Below, one piece after another: positions 52,810 through 64,000 of a stretch of DNA of 64,000 nucleotides. Source of the stretch: Callorhinchus milii (lineage: Eukaryota). Position 1 is the first letter of the stretch. The number at the start of each line of letters is the position of its first letter. Under the pieces are notes generated by a model. The model saw nothing but the letters and a program-made list of their open reading frames with translations, had not been told where the DNA came from and made no database searches. The stretch spans positions 103,356,001-103,420,000 of the forward strand of contig NW_024704743.1 in assembly GCF_018977255.1 (NCBI RefSeq). Direction: 5' to 3'. A program made the position numbers and the translations under genes.

Positions 52810-53000
52810 ATAATAATAATAATCCTTGCATTTGATATAGCGCTTTTCACGTCGGGAGGACGTCCCAAAGGCCTTCACAGAACACACTGTAAAGTGAATT
52901 GACTGTATATTTGTGGGCGAACGCGGCAGCCAATTGCGCACAACAATGTTCCACAAACAGTCGTAGATTGAAAATGACCAATTTATTATTGGTTTTGGTT
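52810..53000 (-). mobile_element. 5'-truncated SINE, subfamily A
   Basis: 3' ~190 bp nearly identical to 55199-55390. Confidence 0.9.
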
Positions 53001-55198
53001 AGACTCGCTATATCATATGTCACCTATAAAAAGGCAATGTAGGATGAGTTTGAAGCATCCTGTGGACACTGACATGGTTTCAGGCAAAACTAAAACAACA
53101 GGGACCCCTTAGCAAGGAGATTTGGGGTACTATTCTTCAACCTTTGAGAAGTTTGAATAAAGCAAGGTTTGACAATCACCACATGATTTGGATTTTGTTA
53201 ATATTCCTTGAGAGGTGCTTGATTGCCATGGGCTGAAAGATGGAGCTTTGGCGTAGACTAAGAAAACTAAAATGTCACAGACCCTTGCAGGAGACCATGG
53301 AGGTGAAATGCTAGGGGTGTCTCTTCTAGCCACTAGTTGAAAAGGGTAAAGAGTTTCAGCCAGTAGCCTGGCAAACAATCTACTAGATTAATTAATCATT
53401 TAGCTCATGGCTTTTTGTGGGATCTTGCTGCACGTGAATGGCTATCACGTTTCACAATAAAAATAATAACTGACAAATAATGGCGTGTAGAGCAGTTTAC
53501 TGAAAGCATCTGGCAACTTTGATTTATATCTTGTCAAATAGGGTCAGGCTTAGATATGAGTATTAAAGATGAGCCAATCAAATGCAGAGGGCATGAATGT
53601 CTAGACTAAGACTATCTTTCCTAGACATTATTGGAGAAAAATGAGGTCAAAGATTAAGAACGTCTTTTGACACAGTTGTCACGTGGTGGTTCCAGTGCAT
53701 TCTTCAGCAATTCCATGTTCACTGTTGTCCCAGTGGGGCTGGGATGCCAACTGCACTGAATTTCCTGTGCTCTTCGAGGCACCATCTGCAGATATCTGCA
53801 GAATGAATCAGCCATTCTTGACCATATGTATTACAGCATATAATCAGTTCCATTCATCCTCCCATCAAATATACATTCGAAATAAGTAGACATAGCAGCT
53901 GGCAAGCCCATACATTTGGAACATAGAGAACATCACCTATATCATCATTAACCCCCATTGATATATATTGGTGTAAGAGCTCCCTGTACTAACATTTTGA
54001 TTATCAAGGATTTCAATTCGCTCAATGTCCAGATATTGTGTCCCAGCAAAATAAATAGGTAATGTTATTGCTATTGTGCTAGAACCTTTCTCCCCATCTT
54101 TATTCTTTGTGACATCTGCTATCAGTCTTAACTGGGGTCCCAGCTTCATTGAAGATTCTTGCTTGGTTAAAGGGGATGCACTATAAACCCTTACCTTGAT
54201 CCATTTCCTAACCTACAACCCTTGAAGAAACTTCAGGTAAGAGATGCAAAGTGTCCTCTTCAGCTTGAAGGGTCAGCGCAGAATTTTCATTATGCAATTA
54301 TTGTACTCCAGTGGTTTCAGACTGCTGTCACATTAATGTTATAATTGTACTTATTGTGTGCCATAACACTGTAGTAGGTACTAACCTGCAATAATTCCCC
54401 AAGCACTCTATTGTAACATTGAATTCACAGCCTGGGCAAGAGTGCTACTAACTAAGCCAGCTGCTTTATTGTAATGTAAGATAAACATTACTTTCCATGG
54501 TTTGTGGAAGCTCTGTTAACTGCGATGTGCCTCACACCGAATACATACTTATAGTGACGGGTAGACCTGCAGGTAATTCCGAGCTGCACTCAGCATTAAG
54601 GAGACCTCTGGGAATCTAGCTCACCCAGGGCAGTTCCTCCAAGTTCTCAAGAGAAACCCTCAGCAACCAGCTACCAAGAAAACAATTTGCTGGCAGAGTG
54701 AGATTTTCCTGGAGGCTTCTGCACAGCTTCCGCACAGCTGGAACTTAGCTGAAATTACAGACAATTATTGCCTGATGTCTCGGTTAGTCAGGTGCTAAAT
54801 TAGTGTGTTCACACCGGCATCCGATTAGCCACCTACGGTTGCACCACCTCAGGAAAATAGACAGGCAGGCTGTAGAGAGCTTACCCAACTTACTCGATAT
54901 GTTTGAGCAGCACCATGAGTGGGTGTGTGCTAATTGGTACACCATGCAATTGGGTTTTGCATATTGAATTAACACTACAACTGATGAAAGCCATAATACT
55001 AATCATCCTTGCAATTGATATATCGCCTTTCATCGTGGCAGGACTTCTAAAAGCGCTTCAGTTGATTTCCTGTAAAGTGTAGCGAATGAGTATTTTATAA
55101 GTAAACGTAGCAAAGTGCCTACAGAGGTGAGAGTCCTACCAACTGAAACAGGCTGACACCTAAAGCCATGTGCTCTTGGCAGCAAATGCTGAAATAAC

Positions 55199-55527
55199 AT
55201 AATAATAATAATAATCCTTGCATTTGATATAGCGCTTTTCACGTCGGGAGGACGTCCCAAAGCGCTTCACAGAAGACACTGTAAAGTGAATTGACTGTAT
55301 ATTTGTGGGCGAACGCAGCAGCCAATTGCGCACAGCAATGTCCCACAAACAGTCGTAGATTGAAAATGACCAATTTTTTAATTATTGTTTTTGGTTTTTG
55401 GAGGGATTATTATTAGGCGTGTGGAGTAAGGAAACTTGCCCAAGGTTTCGCCCTGACCTGCCTGGAATTGAACTCAAGTCTCTCACTTGCAAAGCGAGTG
55501 CTCTAACCACTGAGCTACAGGACTCCA
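55199..55527 (-). mobile_element. Young full-length SINE, subfamily A
   Basis: Reverse complement of 29156-29477 with few differences. Confidence 0.92.
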
Positions 55528-57346
55528 CAACTGCTACTATGGTGCCTATGGTTAGGAAGCAAAAGACCAATACATAGAGATTTGTTGCCCAAACATTAAT
55601 GGATTGAAAATTTATGGTTTCAACAAGGCTGTCATTAGCCACGCTTGCAACAAAGTAAGAATTAACCAATGACTCTCAATTTGAGAGTCAAATACTGATT
55701 TAAAATGGGCAGAATTTACCCAAATCAAACTTTTTTTTAACCTTCCAAAAATAAAATATGTTAAACATGATGCAGTTAAAAAAATTATTTCCCCCCAAAT
55801 CCACTGGTATGCGGATTATGCTCCACCTCATGTAGGGAAGATTGTAGCATGGATGGAGTAACTCTGAGAAGGTAAGTTAAGAGGCATATATATATATATA
55901 TGGGCACCACCTGATAGTTTCTCATCTTTGAGCAAGGGATGAAAGATGAAAGTTGAAAGATGGCAGCCATATGGCTGCAGTCTTGTATGCTATTTGGAAG
56001 AGCAAAGATCAGAATCAACAACAAAAACAACAACTTGCACTTATATAGTGCCCTCCACACAGTGTAGCCTCTCAGAGTGCTTAACAGTGGCATCGTCTTA
56101 CTCCGAGCTGGAGGCCGGGGGAGGTGGTCGTCAGCACAGTCGAAAAGGAAGGTTTTCAGAAGATTGATCAGGATGAAGAAGGCCCTTCAGCTTGATCTCA
56201 TACTTTCAGAAAATCCACCCTACTAACTTCCCATCAATCTCTGTTTTATTAATGAGTCAAGTGTCTTGGTCTCAACCATCCTTCTTGGAAACATGCTCCA
56301 GTCGTTGCTTATCCTCTGGATAAGTAAATACCCTGAAGTAGTCCTTTGCAACTCTAACCGTATTCTACTGTCTTGCTGCATTCTGAAATATGGTTCTAGG
56401 TTTAAATTTTCAATCTTTTTTTATAATAGTTTTATAAAGTTCCCTCTGAGTCATCTGCTATGAAGACTGTAGAGCCAAAGAAAATGCATCTAATCTGCAT
56501 ATAATATTCCTGCAGGCATGGTGCTAAAGAACATCTATACAGAGAAGACAGCTGACCATATGGAGGAGTGTGTCCATACCATAATTGAATCAGCATGCCT
56601 AGGGCAAAGCCGGGCATGCAAAGAGAAAGTAGGCTCCATTTAGGCAATTAATAATTGTAGATGTAGATGTATCAATGTGTTTAATAAGACTGCCACTTGA
56701 TCTTGTATGACATGAAAGCCTGGTGTGCATGTAAATGTGGGAGAACAAAATGAGGGAGCACAGTAGTTTCCTCATCATGCATAAAGCAGATTAGAAAAAA
56801 CAGATAGAATAGGCTATGCTGTGTATTATTAGGTTTGTGTCAATATTAATATTGGACCCTGCATCTTTGTCTTGAGTGAAGTTAAAAATATTGGTGTATC
56901 TGCATTACGACTAGAACAGTTTGTTAGATATTGAAGTATGTATAAATTGTATTTTTTTAGGCCAGAGAATTCCTTGGAGCTTATTTATAGTACTAACAGC
57001 ATTGCACAATAGTAAATGTCAACACCGCACTGCAGAGACTAAATCAGTCGACCACTTGTTGCAGGAAGTTATAAACTGTAAATTCTGATTGAGATAAAAT
57101 AAGATTGCTCTTGGGATATTCTTCCTGTATTTGCTCTTAATTTAACAAACCTCCTACTGTAAAGAAACCTTGAGGAGGTAGAGGCAGCAATTGTCCAGTC
57201 TACAATGGTTACCCTACTCTATGCTCAACACACCAAGTTTTGATTAGTTATAATGCAATGAGGAAGCAGCTTGGCAACTAAAGCAGAATCAATAATGTAA
57301 ATCTCTTAAAAGGATCAGTGTATTTGGATTCTCTGCAGTCAGATAT

Positions 57347-57591
57347 TAATAATAATAATCCTTGCATTTGATATAGCGCTTTACTACGTCTTTGAGACAT
57401 CTCAAAGCGCTTCACAGAATATACTGTCAAGTGAATTAACTGTATACTTTGTGGGCAAAATGTGGCAGCCAATTTCTCACAGCAATGTCTCACAAACAGT
57501 CGTGGATTGAAGTGACCAAGTTATTATTTTTTTTGAAGGAATTATTACCCCTGTAAAAGCTATCCACCAATTGACTAACAACCGGGTTCCT
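57347..57591 (-). mobile_element. 5'-truncated SINE subfamily B (further truncated copies at ~4022-4150, 36460-36570, 50020-50210, 58340-58475, 59255-59470, 62855-63015)
   Basis: aataatccttgcatttgatatagcgc...caaagcgcttcacagaatatactg 3' module. Confidence 0.85.
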
Positions 57592-58526
57592 AGATGCAAA
57601 TAACGAATCACCAAATTAACTGTGAGAAGCCTAAGGCAGAAACCATTCTCCCAAAGTCAGGGGTGCTCAATCCCAAACCTTCCTTAAAGATAGTTTCTAG
57701 TTCAACATGTTTTTTTTATTATCCTTGGCAATAATCAGAGAAAAAAATGTTTAAGAATACTATAAAATTATCTCTGTTATGAATTGCTAAAAAAAAGACA
57801 AATATCATAAAACCATTTCATAACTCACCTCACAATTGAAATGATTTCAACTATTTGTTCATTTAAGGTACCATATCAAACATTTTGTTTAAATTCCTAC
57901 TCTGCAATAATGGGCAAAATCTGCATTGTTAGAATGTGTGTCTCCTTTGCTGCGGATATAATAGCAACATGATGAATCTCACTGTGAGTACACTGTAGTT
58001 TGTGTGTACACCCTTTACCTGCAGAATTTGTTTTAATGTCTGACTAAAGCACTGCAAATGTATTAACTAAAGTGGATTTTTTTTTACTGATACTTATAAT
58101 GCTGATGCAGTGTCATGCTTAATAATAATCATAAAATCTGTGCCTGATGTTATTTCTACTTTAGGATGTTAGACACACACACACATACACACAAACATGG
58201 AGTGCTTTCAGGCCTCAATGTCACTGCTCGTGCTTTTACTGTCAAATCAAAGTGTAGGCGGATAGGATTTTTAAAATTCATTTTGAAGCACAATATTGAA
58301 TGTGGAAAAGACACAGAATAATAAAGGTGTCAATAATAAATGCCTCAAAGCGCTTCACAGAATATACTGTAAAGTGAATTGACTGTGTGTTTTGTGGGTG
58401 AAACGTCGCAGCCAATTGTACACAGCAGTGTCCCACAAACAGCTGTGGATTGAGTGAACAACTTATTATTATTATTGAAATATTATTATTAGTGTATAAA
58501 TATAAATGAAAGTCGTTTGTGGCTAA

Positions 58527-58996
58527 TATCACTTCCACTCTCGCCCAACTCCACTGGCTCCCCATCCCCCAAAGGATCGAGTTCAAGATCCTCGTCCTCA
58601 CCTTTAAGGCCATCCATGGCCTCGCCCCCTCCTACTTCTCTGACCTACTGACTCCCTACCAACCTGCCCGCTCCCTCTGCTCACCGGGCTCCGGCCTGCG
58701 CCATGTAACCCGCCCGACCCGCCCTACCATCGGTGGCCGGGCTTTCAGCCTCTCTGCCCCCACACTCTAGAACTCCATCCACGATCCCTTCACCTCGCTT
58801 CCTTCCTTGCATCCTTCAAGGCCAATCTCAAGACCCTTCTATTCGACTGTGCCTTTGGTCTCGCTCCCACCTCTCTGCCTTCCCTCACCCCTACACCACC
58901 CCTCCCCCATGTTCGGGCCCCAACAGCTAACTGTTCAGTGCTTTGGGACGTCCTCCCGATGTGAAAGGCGCTCTATAAATGTAATTTTGTTGTTGT
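58527..58996 (+). mobile_element. L2 3' fragment
   Basis: [20 protein letters not shown]; hairpin and ttg tail. Confidence 0.9.
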
Positions 58997-59732
58997 TTCT
59001 TTTTTTCTTTTAAAATTAAAGAAGCATGTGGGGAATAGCACTACTTACAGTAGTACCAGCTTCACGCACTAGACCCAGCCCCTCATTTCCAGGAAACAAC
59101 AGAGAATGCCTTCTCTTCCTGCACATTGACTTACCACCTGCACATGAGCTCATTTCCAGTACAATGCGTTCCCCATCTCCAACAGCTGAGGGTAAACACA
59201 AGTAGCAAATGACAAGTCACAACATAGCTATTGAAGCATAGACTTGGTTGCTTTTCCCTTCNAAAAAATAATAAATAATAATTTGGCACTCAATCCACAA
59301 TTCTTTGTGGGACACTACTGTGTGCAATTGGCTTCTGCATTTCACCCACAAAATATACAGTCAATTCAGTTTATGGTATGTATGTTCTGTGAAGTGCTTT
59401 GAGAAATTTCAAAGACGTGATAAAGCATTATATCAAATGCAAGGACTATTATTATTATGATTATTATTACTATATGTATCTATCCCATAAATTGTAAAAT
59501 TTTCACATGCTTTTTTTACAGCATCAACAACAACAGCAATTTACATTGATATGGTGTTCTTCATGTAGAGCAATGTCTCAGAGCACTTCACAGGGATGGG
59601 TTTAGACCGAGTAAAAGAGAGGGAGATGAGGGAGTGTATTAAAAGAGGTAGGATTTGAGGTAGGGCTTAAAGCTATAAAGAGAGACGAGACACAATAGTA
59701 GGAGGGAGACACAATAGTAGAAGGAGGGTGCC

Positions 59733-60536
59733 ACAACAACAACAACAACAACAAGATTCCATTTATAAAGCGCCTTTCACGTCAGGAGGACGTCCCAAGG
59801 CGCTGCACAGTTGGGTCATGACCCGAGCAGGGGGGAAATGGTCAGGGTGAGGGGAGGGAAGGGAGGGAGCGAGGAGGGGGGAAAATGTCAGGGTGAGGGG
59901 AGGGATGGGACTGAGCGAGGAGGGGGTAGAGAGTCGAGAGGGGAGCTGAAGGCACGGTTAAAGAGAAAGGTTTTGAGACCGGCCTTGAAGGAGGAAAGGG
60001 AGGAAGCAAGGCGAAGGCACTGGGGGATAGAGTTCCAGAGCCTCGGGGCTGAGAGGCTGAAGGCCCGACCACCGATGGTAGGGCGGTTGGGGCGGGGGAC
60101 GTGGAGCAGACCGGAGCCAGAGGAACGGAGGGTACGGCCAGGTAGGTAGGGGGATAGTAGGTTGGAGAGGTAGGAGGGAGCAAGGCCGTGAATGGCCTTG
60201 TAGGTGAGGATGAGGATCTTGAAATCAATCCTCTGGGGGATGGGGAGCCAGTGGAGGCGAGCGAGGGTGGGAGTGATGTGGTCGCGAAGCCTGGTGCGGG
60301 ACAGTACACGAGCTGCAGAGTTCTGAATGACCTGCAGCTTGTGGAGGGAGGTGCGGGAAGGCCGGCGAGGAGAGAGTTCCCATAGTCCAGCCTTGAGGTG
60401 ACAAAGGCGTGAACCAGGGTTTCAGCAGCGTGAGGGGTGAGGTAATGGCGTAGTCTGGCGATGTTCCGGAGGTGATGGAAGGCGGTGCCAGTTGTGGTGC
60501 GGATGTGAGGGAGAAAGGACAGCTCAGGGTCGAACA
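59733..60536 (-). mobile_element. Young L2 3' fragment, close relative of 42663-44678, nested in an older L2 (59525-60720)
   Basis: [22 protein letters not shown]; nearly collinear with 43832-44678; older purine-rich L2 sequence resumes on both sides. Confidence 0.93.
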
Positions 60537-60847
60537 AAAAAAACAGAGGTTAGGGGTGTAGGAACTGAACGTTTAGCTGTCGATTGTGGTGGGGGGAGGG
60601 AGAAGGGGCATACCGCAAGCCTGAGTTAGCTGAGAAGAGGAAATAAGTGGGAGAATAGGGTAGGAGAATATCGGAGCAAAAAGGGAGTGGATGCATCCAC
60701 ATGGAGCTGCCCCTTATATTTTTTTTCCAACAGACTGAGTCAAGTGAATCTCTCCTGTTAAAGAAAACACTGTCAGATAGTGGTACACAAAGTAATGATA
60801 AAGTCATGCACAGGGAGAGAAATCAGCAGGTTTCAATGGGCACACCA

Positions 60848-62245
60848 CCAACAACAAGATTACAATTGTATAGTGCATTTCACGTCAGGAGGACGTCCCA
60901 AGGCGCTGGACAATATGCAGTATTACAGATCCGAGTTGGGGTCAGGGAGGGAGAAGTGAGGGGATGGGAAGAGGGGTGACCGATGGCATGGTCGAAGAGG
61001 AGAGTTTTGAGGTGGGACTTGAAGGAGGCTAAGCAGGGGACGAGGCGGAGTGATTGGCGGATGGAATTCCAGAGGTTGGGGGCAGAGTGGCTGAAGGCTC
61101 TCCCGCCAATGGTGGGCGGGTGGGTCGGGGGACGTGGAGCAGGTCAAAGCCGGCTGAGCGGAGGGAGTGGACGGGTTGGTAGGGGATTAGGAGGTTGCAG
61201 AAGTAAGGTGGGGCGAGGCCATGGAGGGCTTTGTAGGTGAGGACCAGGATCTTGAACTGAATCCTCTAAAGGATAGGGAACCAGTGGAGTCAGGCAAGAA
61301 TGGAGGAGATGGGGTCATGGAGTTTGGTGCAGGAGAGGACACGGGCTGCAGAGTTTTGGATTATCTGCAGCCTGTGGAGGGAGGAGTTGAGAAGGCCGAC
61401 AAGCAGGGCATTTGCATAGCCGAGCCTAGAGGTGATGAAGGCATGAACAAAAGTTTCAGTGGCCTGAGGGGTGAAGTAGTGGCAGAATCTGGCGATGTTA
61501 CAGAGGTGATGTAAGGCAGAGCGGGTCATGGCTTGGATGTGGAGAAGAAAAGACAGTTGAGGGTCGAACAAGAAACCTGGGTTCCTGACTGACTGGTGAG
61601 TTGCAGTGTGCAATCATGGAGGTTGATGCTGCCAGAGCCTGAAGTGCAGAGGCACTGGCGCGAGCCAATCAGGAGGGCCTCAATCTGGTTCACATTCAAC
61701 TGTAGGAAATTTACCCTCATCCAGGATCTTGAATAGGCAGTCTGTCAGGATAGCAGTGATCCTGGAATTGAGGGTGGAGGCAGAAAGGTAGAGTTGGGTA
61801 TCATCCGCATACATAGGGAAGCTGAACCTTTGTCTGCGGATAATGTCACCAAGGGGGAGCATGTAGATATTAAAGAGGAGAGTGCCAAGGACGGAGCCCT
61901 GGGGGACGCCAGACGTGAAAGTGTGGGGGCTGGAGGTGAAACTGTGAGAGGCAACAAAGTGGAGACGGTGTATAAGGATGGAGTGGTCGACAGTGTCGAA
62001 GGCAGCAGAGAGGTCGAGGAGGACAAGAAGGCAGAGGGAGCCCTGATCACAGATGTTCAGAATGTCATTAGTGACTTTGACCAGGGCTGTTTCCGTGCTA
62101 TGGGCAGCGTGGAAGCCAGATTGGAGGGTTTCAAAGAAGGAATGGCGGGAGAGAAATGAGCGGAGCTGGGACGCGACGTCTCGTTCCAGGACTTTGGAGA
62201 GGAATGGGAGGTTAGAGATCGGGCGATAGCTGGAGAGGAGGGATG
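60848..62245 (-). mobile_element. L2 RT-to-tail fragment
   Basis: [45 protein letters not shown]; frameshifted; tail at 60848. Confidence 0.93.
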
Positions 62246-64000
62246 ACACACACATTAAGAACACACAAGTCTTTATTTAGTATTACAAATGATTTTATGT
62301 CTATGTGTATGTGCTTTTTGTTGTATATTTGAAGAGTGGAACCGTGTGCTCACTGAATTAGTTTTTGAATAGTTGCTATGGATATTCTGAAGTAGCAGAC
62401 AGGAAACTGGAGCTATCAGTTTAATGCAGGACCCTGAGCAAACACTGTATGTTGCATTCTGTAGATCTTGGAGGTAGATTTTAGTAATCATGAATTACAA
62501 AATGTTTCATGGCCAGAGAATCCAGACCCAGATTTTCTGACACTCGGCATAGATGCCAAGCTCATTAAAGTCATTAAAGTTGTAACTGAGAACGGTTATC
62601 AAAGCTTCAGAAGATGGACCATGACATTAGTTATTCTCTAATTACAGATTGTTTGGAGGAAATACACAATTTAGTCCGCATGTTGCAGTTATCCAAGTTA
62701 AAATTGCCATGGCAACACAAGATTAGCATGAAAACGATGAGGACAGATATATTACTGAAAATAAAATGTAATCAATTAGACTAACCATTGTGAGATGACA
62801 CTGCTTCTTTAATGTGTTTCAGTGCTGAAATCCCCATCTATATGAACGTCAAATATAATAATAATCCTTGCTTTTGATTCAGCGCTTTATCAAGTAGTTG
62901 AGTCATCTCAAAGCGCTTCACAGAATATATTGTAGAGTAGATTGTATTTTGTGGGCAAATCGTGGCAGCCAATTAAGCACAGCAGTGTCCCACAAACAGG
63001 CATGGATTGATTGATCTTGTGCAAATTTAAAAACTTTTAAAATCCTTGATTCTTGGGTCATGTAAGAGTGCTCCTTACAAATCATTATCTGATCTCAACT
63101 TTAAAATACCAAATGTGAGCTCATTGATGTTCATTATTGCAAAGTTTGCCTCATTGTATTTTCTTTCCACTACGGTCTGTGTATTCATTGTTATTATTAT
63201 TCAATATTAGGGTCAGATGCTAACTCATGTCCTTTATCCCACAGGAGCCCTCCCTGATTCACAGCAGAATGCAGCATTGTGTTTCTTGCCACTATTTTTC
63301 AAATCCAGTTGTCAACACTTCTCCAGGCAAAACGTTCCTAACAGATGCATCGCCAGTCACAGTTCTGAATAATAAAAATCCTTAGCTTCCTACACTCCTT
63401 GCATGCTAGCCCATGGGATGGCATAATGTACAATAATTAAAATTGCATTGATGTTACATCCTAATCTTTGTTGCAACCAACCTACCACTGTAGCAAGTAT
63501 TAACAAAAATTGCAGATAACTTCACTGTTCCCAGTGAGTGCCTTTCTCTACATAAAGTGTTCAGCTGACTGCCATATCTATTAATATAAAAAAAATCGTT
63601 TTTTAACAGTAACTTTATGTGGCACTTAGCATCTGTTTCCTTCCTTCTGTTTGTTGGCTGCAAGTAATCCTTCCTTCATGCTGGACTGAACTTTGGACAA
63701 GACTGTCAGATGCTGCCAGTACTCTTTGTGCCAGTCATACATCATTGCAAAGTAAATGAAGACGAGACATTCATGAGAACTGGGGACTTTAAATGCAAAA
63801 GAAAATATAATTTCCTTAATTCAATCTAGGTATTAAAATTGCACAATGGATAACTCGATCTCTCTATTTAAATAGTCCCACACTCCCAGAAGAATGAAAT
63901 AGCCAAATTCTCCTGATTTTTGTGAAGATTGTGAATAAATTGAGTTTCAATCCAAAATGTAATACTCAGGCTCTCGTCAGACTACACCACAAGTACTACA

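Noticed and set aside
54480..54800. Possible MITE with terminal inverted repeats (also ~8130-8330, 35380-35570)
   Set aside because: Could not pair convincing TIRs or target duplications by eye.
59262..59262. Single N base
   Set aside because: Ambiguity next to an A run within a SINE; assembly noise.
59687..59724. 19-bp tandem duplication near the young L2 tail as a target-site duplication
   Set aside because: Both copies lie on the same side of the insertion; ordinary slippage in the older L2.

Overview
Vertebrate genomic DNA, almost entirely intronic and repeat-dense. The only host coding sequence I can support is one 223-bp minus-strand exon (29714-29936) encoding the start of the first CUB domain of CSMD3, so the window is probably part of the two very large introns flanking that exon. 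The repeat spectrum (Deu-domain SINEs, HER1-like CR1 3' ends, AmnSINE2-like relics, young L2 LINEs) points to a cartilaginous fish; this is inference only. Contents: one near full-length decayed CR1 LINE with an esterase-type ORF1, many 5'-truncated L2 copies (one very young), two young tRNA-headed SINE subfamilies, older DeuSINEs, and what I read by eye as several heavily decayed PIF/Harbinger transposase fossils hidden in apparently unique sequence. I found no clearly new gene system. The best leads are (i) a covarying 3' hairpin shared by two L2 families and the SINEs, (ii) modular SINE chimerism, (iii) the cryptic Harbinger layer and (iv) a locally templated 25-bp patch at the 5' junction of a young L2. 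Repeat boundaries are approximate and family names come from recall, not database searches.
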